Part shown: piece after piece, positions 46,599-56,559 of the stretch
Numbering within the stretch: the first letter of the stretch is position 1
How the letters are laid out: every line of letters begins with the position of its first letter
NCBI GenBank assembly: GCA_903910445.1
Contig: CAIVZR010000014.1
Span: 48,432-112,431 of the forward strand
From: an uncultured Bacteroidota bacterium
GTDB taxonomy: Bacteria > Bacteroidota > Bacteroidia > UKL13-3
DNA: 64,000 nucleotides
Direction of reading: 5' to 3'
Notes under the pieces: model-generated
The model's database searches: none
The model's input: the letters and a program-made list of their open reading frames with translations, nothing else
What the model was told of the DNA's origin: nothing
Program-made: the position numbers and the translations under genes

Positions 46599-46619
46599 CA
46601 ATCTATAATTAGTATAACT

Positions 46620-47942
46620 ATGCGTAAAAGTTTTCAATTTCTGTATGTTTTGGTAATGGCAATCGTCATTTTGGCAGGCTGTACAGGTGGTGATAATGGT
46701 CAGATGTACGGTGTACCAAACCGTCCAATATGGACTCATCCTCAACCTTTTGGGATGATTTACGTACCTACTGGAACTTACCATATGGGGCAAAGTGATC
46801 AGGAAGTGGGTTCACATCAAATTCATCGCAACAAACAAGTTTCAATTCCAGCATTCTACATGGATGATTCTGAGATTTCTAACAATGAATATCGTCAGTT
46901 TGTTTACTATGTTTCTGATTCAATTTTCAGAGAAAATCTTTCTCAAAGCATTGAAACTGTTAAGACTCAGATTGGTGAGGAAAGTGATGATCCATATTCT
47001 GTAATTAATTATAAAGAAAAATTTGATCCTGAATCTCAGGAGGCTACTGATGCTGCCCAATTAATGCAATACAAACCTGGGGAGCGTTTTATGCATCGCC
47101 GTCAGTTAGATGTACGTAACTTAATATACAAATACGAAATATTCGATTTTCAAGCTGCTGCTCGTTCTGCTAAGGTTCAAAGCAATGAAGACTTAAAATC
47201 AGCCCATAGTAACGAAGATCATTCACACTTTATTAAAAAATACAAGGTGCAAATCTATCCTGATACTTTGGTATTCGTTAGAGACTTCGCTTATTCATAT
47301 AATGAGCCAATGGCAGAAAATTATTTCTGGCATCCAAATTATGACGATTATCCAGTAGTTGGTGTGAATTGGAATCAAGCCAATGCATTTTGCTGGTGGA
47401 GGACACGTCATATGAATGATTGGGCAATGTCGGTAGGTGATTTTGAAAGAACTCAATTCTTATTGCCAACCGAATCACAATGGGAATATGCGGCACGTGG
47501 TGGTCGCGATGAAAACATGTTTCCTTGGGGGGGGCCTTATATCCGCAATACCAAAGGATGTTATTTAGCGAACTTTAAACCCGGACGTGGTAATTATATC
47601 GCAGATGGTGGCTTTTATCCTGTAAAAGTATATTCTTATTTCCCGAACGATTACGGCTTATATAATATGGCTGGTAACGTTTCTGAGTGGACTTCTTCTG
47701 CTTACTTGGAATCATCCGTTTCGGTAGTTGATGACTTGAGTCCTGATTATAAATATCAGGCTAAAGATGATGAACCAGAGACCTTTAAGCGTAAAGTAAT
47801 ACGTGGTGGTAGCTGGAAAGACGTTGGGTACTATTTGGAATGCGGTAGTAGATTGTACGAGTATCAAGATACTTGTAAATCATTCGTCGGTTTCCGTTGT
47901 GTTCAACCTTACATGGGTCGTTCTAATAAAGACAAGAAATAA
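46620..47942 (+). CDS. gldK: Gliding motility / T9SS lipoprotein GldK (PorK ortholog; FGE-sulfatase fold)
   Basis: Lipoprotein signal MRKSFQFLYVLVMAIVILAGC. FGE-like motifs WNQANAFCWW, LPTESQWEYAARGG, RGGSW and GFRCV. Confidence 0.85.
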   Translation: MRKSFQFLYVLVMAIVILAGCTGGDNGQMYGVPNRPIWTHPQPFGMIYVPTGTYHMGQSDQEVGSHQIHRNKQVSIPAFYMDDSEISNNEYRQFVYYVSDSIFRENLSQSIETVKTQIGEESDDPYSVINYKEKFDPESQEATDAAQLMQYKPGERFMHRRQLDVRNLIYKYEIFDFQAAARSAKVQSNEDLKSAHSNEDHSHFIKKYKVQIYPDTLVFVRDFAYSYNEPMAENYFWHPNYDDYPVVGVNWNQANAFCWWRTRHMNDWAMSVGDFERTQFLLPTESQWEYAARGGRDENMFPWGGPYIRNTKGCYLANFKPGRGNYIADGGFYPVKVYSYFPNDYGLYNMAGNVSEWTSSAYLESSVSVVDDLSPDYKYQAKDDEPETFKRKVIRGGSWKDVGYYLECGSRLYEYQDTCKSFVGFRCVQPYMGRSNKDKK

Positions 47943-48028
47943 TAAAAGCCTGTCCTCTTCTCTTTGATTTTATTTTTTTTAACCATATTCTTAACCTAAA
48001 TTTTTTAATTTTTTAAACCTTCACACAC

Positions 48029-48826
48029 ATGAAAAAGAGTTTTTTTGAAAGCAAAGGTGCTAAACGTTTTTTGTCAATGGCTTACGGATTAGGAGCCGCA
48101 GTTGTAATTTTGGGAGCCATGTTTAAAATCTTGCACTTGAAATTTGCGAACGAAATGCTAACCATTGGTATGACTGTAGAGGCAATTATCTTTGCAATTT
48201 CTGCTTTCGAACCACCTCATCAAGATATCGACTGGAGTTTAGTTTATCCAGAATTGGCAGGAGAAGAAGGAGGAAATGCGGGAAAAAAGAACACAGGTTC
48301 AGTTTCAGCTCAACTTGACAAAATGCTAATTGATGCGAAAGTAACCCCTGATTTGATTGGTACTTTAGGTACAGGATTGAAATCTTTGAGCGAAAATGTA
48401 AATAACATGTCAAATCTTTCAAATGCAGCTGCTAATACTTCTGCATATGCTGAAAACGTTCAAAAAGCGTCTAAAAATATTGAAGGATTGAGTACATCTT
48501 ATGTTAAAGCTACAGAAGCAATGAATGCAATGTCAGCTTCTTCTGAGAATTCAAAACAATATGCGGAACAAGTAAGTAAGGTAACTAAAAACCTTTCTGC
48601 ATTGAATACACTTTATGAAGTAGAATTACAAAACACTGATTCTCATATTAAGAACATGAGTACATTCTATAACAAATTAGGAAATGTATTAGGTAACTTG
48701 TCTAGCGCAGAAGCTAATTCGGCTGGAGTAAAAGAAGAAATTGGCAAATTGGCTAAAAACTTAACCAATTTGAATAACGTTTATGGCAATATGTTGAACG
48801 CAATGTCAGCAGGCCGTCAATCATAA
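48029..48826 (+). CDS. gldL: Gliding motility / T9SS protein GldL (PorL ortholog)
   Basis: YGLGAAVVILGAMFKILHL...AIIFAISAFEPPHQDIDWSLVYPELAG matches the GldL N-terminal two-TM signature. The C-terminal region is coiled-coil. Confidence 0.85.
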   Translation: MKKSFFESKGAKRFLSMAYGLGAAVVILGAMFKILHLKFANEMLTIGMTVEAIIFAISAFEPPHQDIDWSLVYPELAGEEGGNAGKKNTGSVSAQLDKMLIDAKVTPDLIGTLGTGLKSLSENVNNMSNLSNAAANTSAYAENVQKASKNIEGLSTSYVKATEAMNAMSASSENSKQYAEQVSKVTKNLSALNTLYEVELQNTDSHIKNMSTFYNKLGNVLGNLSSAEANSAGVKEEIGKLAKNLTNLNNVYGNMLNAMSAGRQS

Positions 48827-48919
48827 TTTTGATTGCAAACGAATTCAATTTCATTAACTTAATAAAGATACCTAATTGGTAAATTTTTAATCATAACAAT
48901 CGAATAATTAAAATATAAA

Positions 48920-50497
48920 ATGGCATCAGGTAAAATATCACCACGTCAGAAGATGATCAATATGATGTACCTCGTATTGACAGCGATGTTGGCGTTGAAC
49001 GTATCTTCCGAAATCTTAAAAGCCTTCTATAAGTTTGAAGTATCAATGCAAAGTGCGGGAAGCAATCTCGATGCAGCGAACGTAAAGCTTTTAGGTGCAA
49101 TGGATAAGGAAGTTGATAAGCAAGGAGAAAAGGCTAAACCTTTTAGAGATAAAGCTTACGAAGCGAAAAAAATCGCAGACGAATTTGTAAAATATATTGA
49201 GGACACAAAATCAATCCTTTTGGAAAAAGATTCAAAAGATGGTGCTAGTCCACGTGAAGAAGATGGTCAATTGAAAAGCTCAAAAGACATGGAAAGAGCC
49301 GTTCAGTATTTCTTAGAAAACAAGGATGCTGAAGGAGGAAAAGATGCAAAAGGAAAAGAATTGATGGCTAAAATCACGGAAACTCATGAGAAATTATTAG
49401 CTTTAATTGAAGATCCGAATGATAGAGCTGGCATAAAATCCGATTTAGTATGTACAGATCCAGAACCTAATAAAGAAGGGGAAAAACTAACTTGGTTAGA
49501 AGAAACTTTCCACTCTTTACCACTCGCTGCAGCATTTGCGAATTTAACGAAGTATCAAAATGATGCTAAGAAAACTGAAACAGATGTAATCAGCTACCTT
49601 TCTACTAAAATCAATGCAACTGACTTTAAATTTGATGGCTTATCGCTTTCAATTAATGCAGCTTCCGCTTCAGTGTCTTCAGGTGGAAAATACACAGCAG
49701 AAATCTTCTTAACGGCCTATAATACCAAACAAAAAAACGATGTTTATGTTAATGGTGCAGTGCTTCCGTTAAAGGATGGTAAAGGAATTTATGAAATAAC
49801 TGCTAGTGGAGAAGGAATTCATAAATATCAAGCTAAAATTTCATTGGTTGATCCTATTACTGGCCAACCAAAAGATTATACCGCTGAAGGTGAATATCAA
49901 GTATTCTCACCTGTGGCTACGATCTCGGCCTCGAAAATGAGTATCTTCTATGCTGGTATTGATAATCCAGTTGATATTTCTGTACCAGGATATCGTGGAA
50001 ATCAAATTAGCGCAAGTTGCGATAATGGAACACTAACAGGTACTAATGGTTCATATAATGTGAAAGTACAAATGGGCCCTACTCGTGTTGCTAAAATTAA
50101 TGTTGTAGCAAAAGGCGACGATGGAACAGCTAAATCATTTGTAAAAGAATTTAAAATCCGCCCACTTCCTCCATTGGCTGTAACTGTAAATGGAAAAGAA
50201 GGTGGAGGTATCACTGGTTCTGAAATTCAAGTTTGGAACTTTGTAAATGCTTCTTTCGGTCCTTCATTCGCTTATGATGGTTTAACATACGCTGTTACTA
50301 GCTACCAATGTATTGTTCAAACTAAAAACGGAGCACAACCATTTAGTGTTACAGGACCCGCAGTAAGCCCCGATTTAAAAGCCGCAGCAGCTCGTTGCAG
50401 AAAAGGCGATTTGATCATTTTCTATAATATCAAAGCCGCTAGTGCAACCGCTCCAGCTAAAAATATTGATAGCGGTCCAGTATTCAGAGTACAATAA
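48920..50497 (+). CDS. gldM: Gliding motility / T9SS protein GldM (PorM ortholog)
   Basis: The N-terminus MASGKISPRQKMINMMYLVLTAMLALNVSSEILKAF is the GldM hallmark. The protein is 525 aa and periplasmic. Confidence 0.85.
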   Translation: MASGKISPRQKMINMMYLVLTAMLALNVSSEILKAFYKFEVSMQSAGSNLDAANVKLLGAMDKEVDKQGEKAKPFRDKAYEAKKIADEFVKYIEDTKSILLEKDSKDGASPREEDGQLKSSKDMERAVQYFLENKDAEGGKDAKGKELMAKITETHEKLLALIEDPNDRAGIKSDLVCTDPEPNKEGEKLTWLEETFHSLPLAAAFANLTKYQNDAKKTETDVISYLSTKINATDFKFDGLSLSINAASASVSSGGKYTAEIFLTAYNTKQKNDVYVNGAVLPLKDGKGIYEITASGEGIHKYQAKISLVDPITGQPKDYTAEGEYQVFSPVATISASKMSIFYAGIDNPVDISVPGYRGNQISASCDNGTLTGTNGSYNVKVQMGPTRVAKINVVAKGDDGTAKSFVKEFKIRPLPPLAVTVNGKEGGGITGSEIQVWNFVNASFGPSFAYDGLTYAVTSYQCIVQTKNGAQPFSVTGPAVSPDLKAAAARCRKGDLIIFYNIKAASATAPAKNIDSGPVFRVQ

Positions 50498-50515
50498 TCT
50501 ATTGAACGTTTTAAT

Positions 50516-51358
50516 ATGAAAAAGGTAATAATTATATTCATTGTTTTGTTTGCTTTAGCATCACAAATCAATATTCAGGCTCAAACACCAGCTTATGAAA
50601 CGCCTGGTGCTTTTCCTAAGCAAGCAGTTGCCGAACGTAAAATAGTGCCTTGGCCTTATTTACGTGAAGCAGATGTAATGTATTCACGCCGTATTGAGCG
50701 TGTTGTTGATACTCGTGAAAAGATTAATCTTTGTATGAAATGGCCTAAAAACCCTTTGTATGATATCATCTATAAAGCAGTTACAGAGAAAGCTACCTTG
50801 GTGGCTTACAAGTCAGATTCACTATCATCCTTTTATACTGCTGAAGAAGTATTAAAACTTGGTTCATATGATAAAAACATTCAGGTTTATCCAGATCCGA
50901 ATGACCCTTACTATGCAATTGATTCTGTGATTCCGGTTCGTTTCAAGCCAGAAGAAATCAGAAAATACAAAATCATTGAAGAGTGGATTTTTGATCGTAA
51001 TACATCTGAAATGTATGTTCGTATTTTGGCCATTGCTCCAATGTACCGCCCTGTAGCTGGTAGTACTGGTATTGAACTTCCTGAACAAGAGATGTTCTAT
51101 ATCAAATATAACGACGCTCGTAATATCTTTGTTAATGAAGAATTGTTTAACCGTTTCAATGATGCAGGTCGCTTAACAGTAGACGACTTCTTTGAACAAC
51201 GCTTATTCAATAGCTATATCACCAAAGAAAGTAATGATTATGACCTCGCTATTCGTCAGTTTGAAGAATTTAAAGTAGATCCGTATGAAGCGCTATTAAA
51301 AGGCGAAGAAGTGAAGAACAAACTTTTTGAATTCGAACACGATTTGTGGGAATTTTAA
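50516..51358 (+). CDS. gldN: Gliding motility / T9SS protein GldN (PorN ortholog)
   Basis: It has a signal peptide and is about 280 aa. It is the last gene of the gldKLMN cluster, 18 bp after gldM. Confidence 0.8.
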   Translation: MKKVIIIFIVLFALASQINIQAQTPAYETPGAFPKQAVAERKIVPWPYLREADVMYSRRIERVVDTREKINLCMKWPKNPLYDIIYKAVTEKATLVAYKSDSLSSFYTAEEVLKLGSYDKNIQVYPDPNDPYYAIDSVIPVRFKPEEIRKYKIIEEWIFDRNTSEMYVRILAIAPMYRPVAGSTGIELPEQEMFYIKYNDARNIFVNEELFNRFNDAGRLTVDDFFEQRLFNSYITKESNDYDLAIRQFEEFKVDPYEALLKGEEVKNKLFEFEHDLWEF

Positions 51359-51380
51359 TCCTACCCTAAATATTATTTTA

Positions 51381-51412
51381 AAACCCCATTGTTTACGCAA
51401 TGGGGTTTTTTT
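51381..51412 (+). terminator. Rho-independent terminator of the gldKLMN operon
   Basis: aaaaCCCCATTGtttacgCAATGGGGttttttt. Confidence 0.6.
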
Positions 51413-51588
51413 ATTGCCCAAAATGGTTAAACAATCAACATATAAACCAAAGTCGAGTTCAAAATATTTATTGAAATTCAATAAACAGAAGTATTACAAT
51501 GATCTCTATCATATCATCACAATGTCAAACAATTTAAAATTTAGTCATATTTGAATATGTTTGCAATGCTTAAGAATAAAATGAAATC

Positions 51589-52863
51589 ATGATTTATTTT
51601 GTGTTTCTACGAATGTTGAGAGTAACCGTGAGAATCTTTTTTCGACATATCCATGTGTCGAATGTAGATAAAGTACCTTACGATAAACCACTCGTAATTG
51701 CGGCCAACCATCCAGGCGCCTTCCTCGATCCTATTATCATTGCATGTTTTATTAAAAAACCGATATATTTCTTAGTTCGAGGCGATGTGTTTAAGAATAA
51801 ACTGGTTCGATTAATATTCGAACAGTTTCATATGATTCCGGTATACAGAAAGGATGAAGGGTTTGAAAATATTGAAAAGAACCATGATACCAATGCGAAA
51901 GTGGCCAATATCCTTAAACAAAATGGGATTGTAGTAATCTTCAGTGAAGGCTACAGTGCCATTGATAGAAGACTACGAACTATATTGAAAGGCACTGCAC
52001 GAATATGTATGCAGACCGCCATGAGCGAAAATCTGGATGTTCAAATTCTCCCGGCTGGAATTACCTATACACATAAAACAAACTATAGAAGAGAAGTGAT
52101 ACTCGATTTCTCAGCACCGATAGCAATGCGTGATTTCCAAGAATCATTTGAAACTCACCCTCAAAAGAGCTTTGTTAGTATCACCAACGAATTAAAAAAT
52201 CGTTTACATCATAATTTTGTTGAAATCCGCAACCCTGAATGCGATGTGCTCACCGAATTACATTTGAATTATTTAAGAAATGAGCAACGGGCTCCTACCA
52301 TTCCTGTAGTAACACGGAATGGAAAAGTCTTGGAACATGAACGTAAGATTAGCGATGCAATTAATTTATTGTATGAAAATGACCTCCCAGCCTACGAACA
52401 ATTAGAGAAGCTTACTATGACCTATCAAAAAAAACTCGTAGAGGCACATTGCACCGATTCGGGGGTAGTCTCTAAATTGCCTTGGCTTTTAAGCTTTTTC
52501 GGATTGGTACTTGGATTTCCTATCATGGTTTTAGGCGCAATCTGCTGGGGAATTCCGTATCATTTATCATGTATGGTGGCCAATAAAAAAGTAACAAGAA
52601 TAGATTTTTATGATTCTGTCACTGTGAATTTCACAAATGTGTTTTTCTTTATCCTAATCTCGATTATAACGATAATAGGGACCTGTTATTTCGGATATTA
52701 TGCCTTGTTGTTGGTTATAATAATACCGGCAATGAGCACCGTTGGCATCTGGTATTTGGATGTATTAAAACGAATCATGGAAGTGTTTCAAGCCGCTCCG
52801 GTGAAAGACAGCTTGCTAGATCGACGCAAGCATTTAGTTCAGTTGATTGATACTCGCGAATAA
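51589..52863 (+). CDS. Lysophospholipid (1-acyl-sn-glycerol-3-phosphate) acyltransferase-family protein with C-terminal membrane domain
   Basis: HxxxxD acyltransferase motif (IAANHPGAFLDP) and PVYRK; FSEGY; two C-terminal TM helices. A TATGTTTG box at 51556-51563 could be its -7 element. Confidence 0.65.
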   Translation: MIYFVFLRMLRVTVRIFFRHIHVSNVDKVPYDKPLVIAANHPGAFLDPIIIACFIKKPIYFLVRGDVFKNKLVRLIFEQFHMIPVYRKDEGFENIEKNHDTNAKVANILKQNGIVVIFSEGYSAIDRRLRTILKGTARICMQTAMSENLDVQILPAGITYTHKTNYRREVILDFSAPIAMRDFQESFETHPQKSFVSITNELKNRLHHNFVEIRNPECDVLTELHLNYLRNEQRAPTIPVVTRNGKVLEHERKISDAINLLYENDLPAYEQLEKLTMTYQKKLVEAHCTDSGVVSKLPWLLSFFGLVLGFPIMVLGAICWGIPYHLSCMVANKKVTRIDFYDSVTVNFTNVFFFILISIITIIGTCYFGYYALLLVIIIPAMSTVGIWYLDVLKRIMEVFQAAPVKDSLLDRRKHLVQLIDTRE

Positions 52864-52897
52864 CCCGTCCTCTACCCTACTCTCGTTCTCAAGGTAT

Positions 52898-53365
52898 TTA
52901 AACCTTGCATTGAGGCACATATTTTATTGGAAAATTACATGAATTGGCAATAAAACATTTTTTACCTGCTGCTTCATGTAAGCTATTAGCTAATTCGGTT
53001 TTGTTGGACTCAAGTATTGTAACCATGGGATTTAGTAGGACTTCTGAGAAATGCCCTCCACCAGCTTCTAATTCATTCATTATGCCATTGGCGTGGTCTA
53101 TATATTCAATTACTGTTATGCCCGCATCCGCACATAAATGCAAGAACCAAAGCATATGGCATGAAGAGATTGCATTAAGAAATAACTCCTCAGGGTTCCA
53201 TCGCGTGGCATCGCCCCTGAAAGCAGGATCGGCTGAGCCTTCAAGCGACGCTTTTCCAGTTGCTTCGAAAATATGGTCACGTAAATAATCGGCATACGAA
53301 CTGGTACCAGTTCCTTGATTGCCAATCCATATTGTGGTGGTTTGATATTGATGTAACCTTTTCAT
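52898..53365 (-). CDS. OsmC/Ohr-family peroxiredoxin-like protein
   Basis: OsmC fold pattern (...WNPEELFLNAISSCHMLWFLHLCA...CFIANS). Confidence 0.7.
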   Translation of the reverse strand: MKRLHQYQTTTIWIGNQGTGTSSYADYLRDHIFEATGKASLEGSADPAFRGDATRWNPEELFLNAISSCHMLWFLHLCADAGITVIEYIDHANGIMNELEAGGGHFSEVLLNPMVTILESNKTELANSLHEAAGKKCFIANSCNFPIKYVPQCKV

Positions 53366-53556
53366 AAATTGGATATATTTGTGTTAATAATACGTCGAGG
53401 TCGAGGCAATAATTCTCCATTGCAATTCGGGCATTGGTGTATTAATTCTTCAGAGCATTTTTCACAAAAGGTACATTCATAGCTGCATATATATGCGCTA
53501 GAATCCATCGAAAGCAATTCATTGCAGCGTTCACAAATGGGTCGCATTTCCAACAT
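53362..53556 (-). CDS. DUF1272 zinc-ribbon protein
   Basis: MLEMRPICERCNELLSMDSSAYICSYECTFCEKCSEELIHQCPNCNGELLPRPRR: four Cys pairs in the DUF1272 arrangement. Its stop overlaps the OsmC start (ATGA at 53362-53365). The ORF-track N-extension was not used. Confidence 0.6.
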   Translation of the reverse strand: MLEMRPICERCNELLSMDSSAYICSYECTFCEKCSEELIHQCPNCNGELLPRPRRIINTNISNL

Positions 53557-53653
53557 ATAATTTATTTTTTTGAGGAAAGATAAGCGTTTCAATTAATATT
53601 AGTATGCCCAAACTTGAAAATCATATAAACCTGCACTTCCTTTTTCAGATCAA

Positions 53654-55207
53654 CTATTTCAATAAGTCTTCTTTACTCCTAGGGCGTATTGATTGATACC
53701 AAACAAATTTTTTGAGTCGTTGTTCGGCAGGAGGAAGTTCCGTAATTGGATGGAGTATTCCATCAGGCATTCCTTTGTAATTAACGCCTTGAACCTGGTT
53801 ACTATCTAAGTAGATATCTAAATTAATGCTGGTGATTTTATTGACTCCGATAAAGGCTTTGGCATCATCTTTAATATAATAAATACATTCTGCATCATTG
53901 AGTACCTTCATTAGTTGAAGATTATTGTTTTTAAAAAAGCCATCGATATCACGTCCTTTTATTTGATTAAATCGAACGCTGTCTTCTACCGATATAACAA
54001 AAGAATTTTGCCTCATAATAAGCATATCGGCCTTTTGGTTTTTGAATTTCACACTAATGGTATCTGCGGTAATTTGCGTGCTATCTAACCATAAAATTGG
54101 GTGATTATAAAAGGTCATGATAGAATCCTTAAAAAGGTACCATAAGCTATCGGCGATTGCCTGCATATCCTTCTTGTAAATCTTTACATGATTGTAGGCT
54201 AGTATTCTTTTTCCTGCCTTCGCCGTATCCGAAAAATAGAATATGGTATCGGCATGAAGATGCATGCTGTCTTTATCTACGAACTGGGTGGCGATTGCTT
54301 TATTCGACACCTTAGTGAGTTGTGCTTTACGATTATAGTAACCATAATTGCCTGTTACCTGCATTTTATTGGCCGAATCAATCAACAGAATATTTCTATA
54401 GGCATCGCCAATTTCCTGTTCGTTTCGCCAATTCATACTATCGCAAAATAGGGTTTGCTCAGGTTGTTTGATTTTAACTTTTTTACTGAATTGCGAATTG
54501 CCTTTCGCCTTATCATACCAACCATTATTACATGTTATGGTGGTGCTATCGGCGATTTTGGTAATAGTGGTGAAACCCTGAAAATAAGCCACAGAAGTAG
54601 CATTATTATATTTCAAAGTATCGCAAGTAATGTGATAGTCCTTATTCTTTAAATCAACATCCTTCTTAAAATAAGATACTTTTTCGGTCGAATAGTAATA
54701 GCCAGTGCTACTAGTTAAAGTATTGTCTTTATTGATAATCTTGCCAAAAACAGGATAATACCCAATCTTTGTCTTGGTATCATAAATTAGTTGTTGGGTG
54801 GTGAGTATAAAATCGGTTTGGGTAAGAACCACATTATTCGTGATCGTTGCTACCCTTGTATTCGCATCATAGTGCAAAACATCACCTGTAACGGTAAGTG
54901 AGTCGGCTTGCACCAAACGTACATGTCCATAGGCATCCATTACATTGCGGGTATCGTTTTTCAAGGCACTATCACAATAGAGGGTAATATTATCTTGTTT
55001 CACAATCACGCCATTGGTTAATTGCTGAAACTTCTCTCCATTTTGCTCAAAGCCAAATAAATCGGCATGAATAATCTCTATTCCTCCTTGAGCTTTCGAC
55101 AATATTGGGAGCAACAATATCAGGCAAACCCATAAAAATGGGTGAATAGATAATATTTTATGATAAATACGGCTGTGCATTGTTAGTTTTGCAAAGAAAC
55201 ACAACAT
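53654..55207 (-). CDS. OstA-like (LptA/LptD N-terminal-like) periplasmic protein
   Basis: Signal peptide. The N-terminal region (GVIVKQDNITLYCDSALKNDTRNVMDAYGHVRLVQADSLTVTGDVLHYDANTRVATITNNVVLT) matches the OstA-like beta-jellyroll pattern. It is divergent from tilS. Confidence 0.5.
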   Translation of the reverse strand: MLCFFAKLTMHSRIYHKILSIHPFLWVCLILLLPILSKAQGGIEIIHADLFGFEQNGEKFQQLTNGVIVKQDNITLYCDSALKNDTRNVMDAYGHVRLVQADSLTVTGDVLHYDANTRVATITNNVVLTQTDFILTTQQLIYDTKTKIGYYPVFGKIINKDNTLTSSTGYYYSTEKVSYFKKDVDLKNKDYHITCDTLKYNNATSVAYFQGFTTITKIADSTTITCNNGWYDKAKGNSQFSKKVKIKQPEQTLFCDSMNWRNEQEIGDAYRNILLIDSANKMQVTGNYGYYNRKAQLTKVSNKAIATQFVDKDSMHLHADTIFYFSDTAKAGKRILAYNHVKIYKKDMQAIADSLWYLFKDSIMTFYNHPILWLDSTQITADTISVKFKNQKADMLIMRQNSFVISVEDSVRFNQIKGRDIDGFFKNNNLQLMKVLNDAECIYYIKDDAKAFIGVNKITSINLDIYLDSNQVQGVNYKGMPDGILHPITELPPAEQRLKKFVWYQSIRPRSKEDLLK

Positions 55208-55229
55208 AACGCACTTTAGAATCTAAAAA

Positions 55230-56558
55230 ATGTTACCATCCAAGCTTATCTCATTTCTATCAGAATATGTTCCCGAATATCATTCGAAGAAATATCTGTT
55301 GGCTGTGAGTGGGGGCATGGATAGCATGCTGATGCTTCATCTTTTTCATGGCCTAAAATTGCATTTTAACGTTGCTCATTGCAATTTCAATTTGAGAGGA
55401 AATGATAGTCTTGCGGATGAGGCATTGGTATATGATACTTGCAAAAAGTTATCAATCCCTTGCTTTGTAAAGCATTTTGATACGCTCAAAGAGAAAGAAA
55501 TTCAAAATGAAGGTACCCAACTCGTTGCAAGAAGGTTGCGATATGAATGGTTCGAATCGGTTCGTTTAGAGGCTGGGCTCGATTTTATTTGCACCGCGCA
55601 TCATCAAAGAGACAATATTGAAACGATTGTATACCGTTTTATGAATGGGGCATTTCCAGAGAGTATGCAAGGCATTAAGCCAGTTAATGAAAAGGTAATT
55701 CGCCCACTTCTTTTTGTTCCATATAATGAACTAAGGCAGTTCAGCCTCACGATTTCATTAGCCTATCGTGAAGATCAAAGCAACCAAACGAATGATTATT
55801 CGCGAAACAAAATAAGGCACGAATTGTTGCCCGCCATTGAAACCGTATTTGGTGCACATGCATTTCATAAAATAGAATCGGTAACTGGCCACTATAAGGC
55901 TTATTTCGACTTATTAAAACACCAATCGGCTCAGCTATTGAAGCCGCACAGAACCTGGTTTGAAATTTCAATTCAACAATTAAGAAGTACTCCTGGAAAC
56001 ACGGCACTACTCTATGAAGCAATAAAAAATTACGGATTTCATTGGAAAGCTTGTGAAGAAATATGTTCCGACTTAAATCGGGAGGTAGGAAGTATAATTG
56101 AAAGTAATGACCGATTGTATCGCATTTATTTTGCAAATGAGACACTCCAATTATTGCCTTCTTCTCGTACACCTTTCTATGAAACAATTTCGCTTAACGA
56201 TCACGAACAATGTATTCGAACTATAAATGGTGGGGATATTTATATCTCTGTTATCACTCGTCAATCGCTAAAAGCTTTTGAAAACAATATTTTATATTTC
56301 GATTACGACAAACTTTCGTCCTCAATAAATTTGCGTGAATATCAATCAGAGGATTACTTTCATCCAATGGGATTAAATGGCAGCAAACGAGTACACGATT
56401 TTTTAAAGGATTTAAAACTCTCTCCAGCTGAGAAGCAATATCAGTTAGTATTGGAATCTAACAATAAGGTGGTAGGTATTGTCGGACATCGAATCGATGA
56501 ATCAATGAAAGTTACTGATCAAACAAAGCGTGTTATGACTTTAAAAGTAGTTTACTAA
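55230..56558 (+). CDS. tilS: tRNA(Ile)-lysidine synthetase
   Basis: PP-loop LLAVSGGMDSMLMLHLF, the HxNxxLRG region (AHCNFNLRGNDS), and a C-terminal TilS domain. Confidence 0.85.
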   Translation: MLPSKLISFLSEYVPEYHSKKYLLAVSGGMDSMLMLHLFHGLKLHFNVAHCNFNLRGNDSLADEALVYDTCKKLSIPCFVKHFDTLKEKEIQNEGTQLVARRLRYEWFESVRLEAGLDFICTAHHQRDNIETIVYRFMNGAFPESMQGIKPVNEKVIRPLLFVPYNELRQFSLTISLAYREDQSNQTNDYSRNKIRHELLPAIETVFGAHAFHKIESVTGHYKAYFDLLKHQSAQLLKPHRTWFEISIQQLRSTPGNTALLYEAIKNYGFHWKACEEICSDLNREVGSIIESNDRLYRIYFANETLQLLPSSRTPFYETISLNDHEQCIRTINGGDIYISVITRQSLKAFENNILYFDYDKLSSSINLREYQSEDYFHPMGLNGSKRVHDFLKDLKLSPAEKQYQLVLESNNKVVGIVGHRIDESMKVTDQTKRVMTLKVVY

Positions 56559-56559
56559 G

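Noticed and set aside
52890-52907. Hairpin CAAGGTatttaaACCTTG between plsC-like and osmC
   Set aside because: There is no flanking T-tract on either strand and it overlaps the osmC stop codon. It is not convincing as a terminator.
52944-53325. Antisense ORFs of 114 and 69 aa overlapping the OsmC gene
   Set aside because: They lie fully inside a well-supported CDS on the opposite strand and have no recognisable features.
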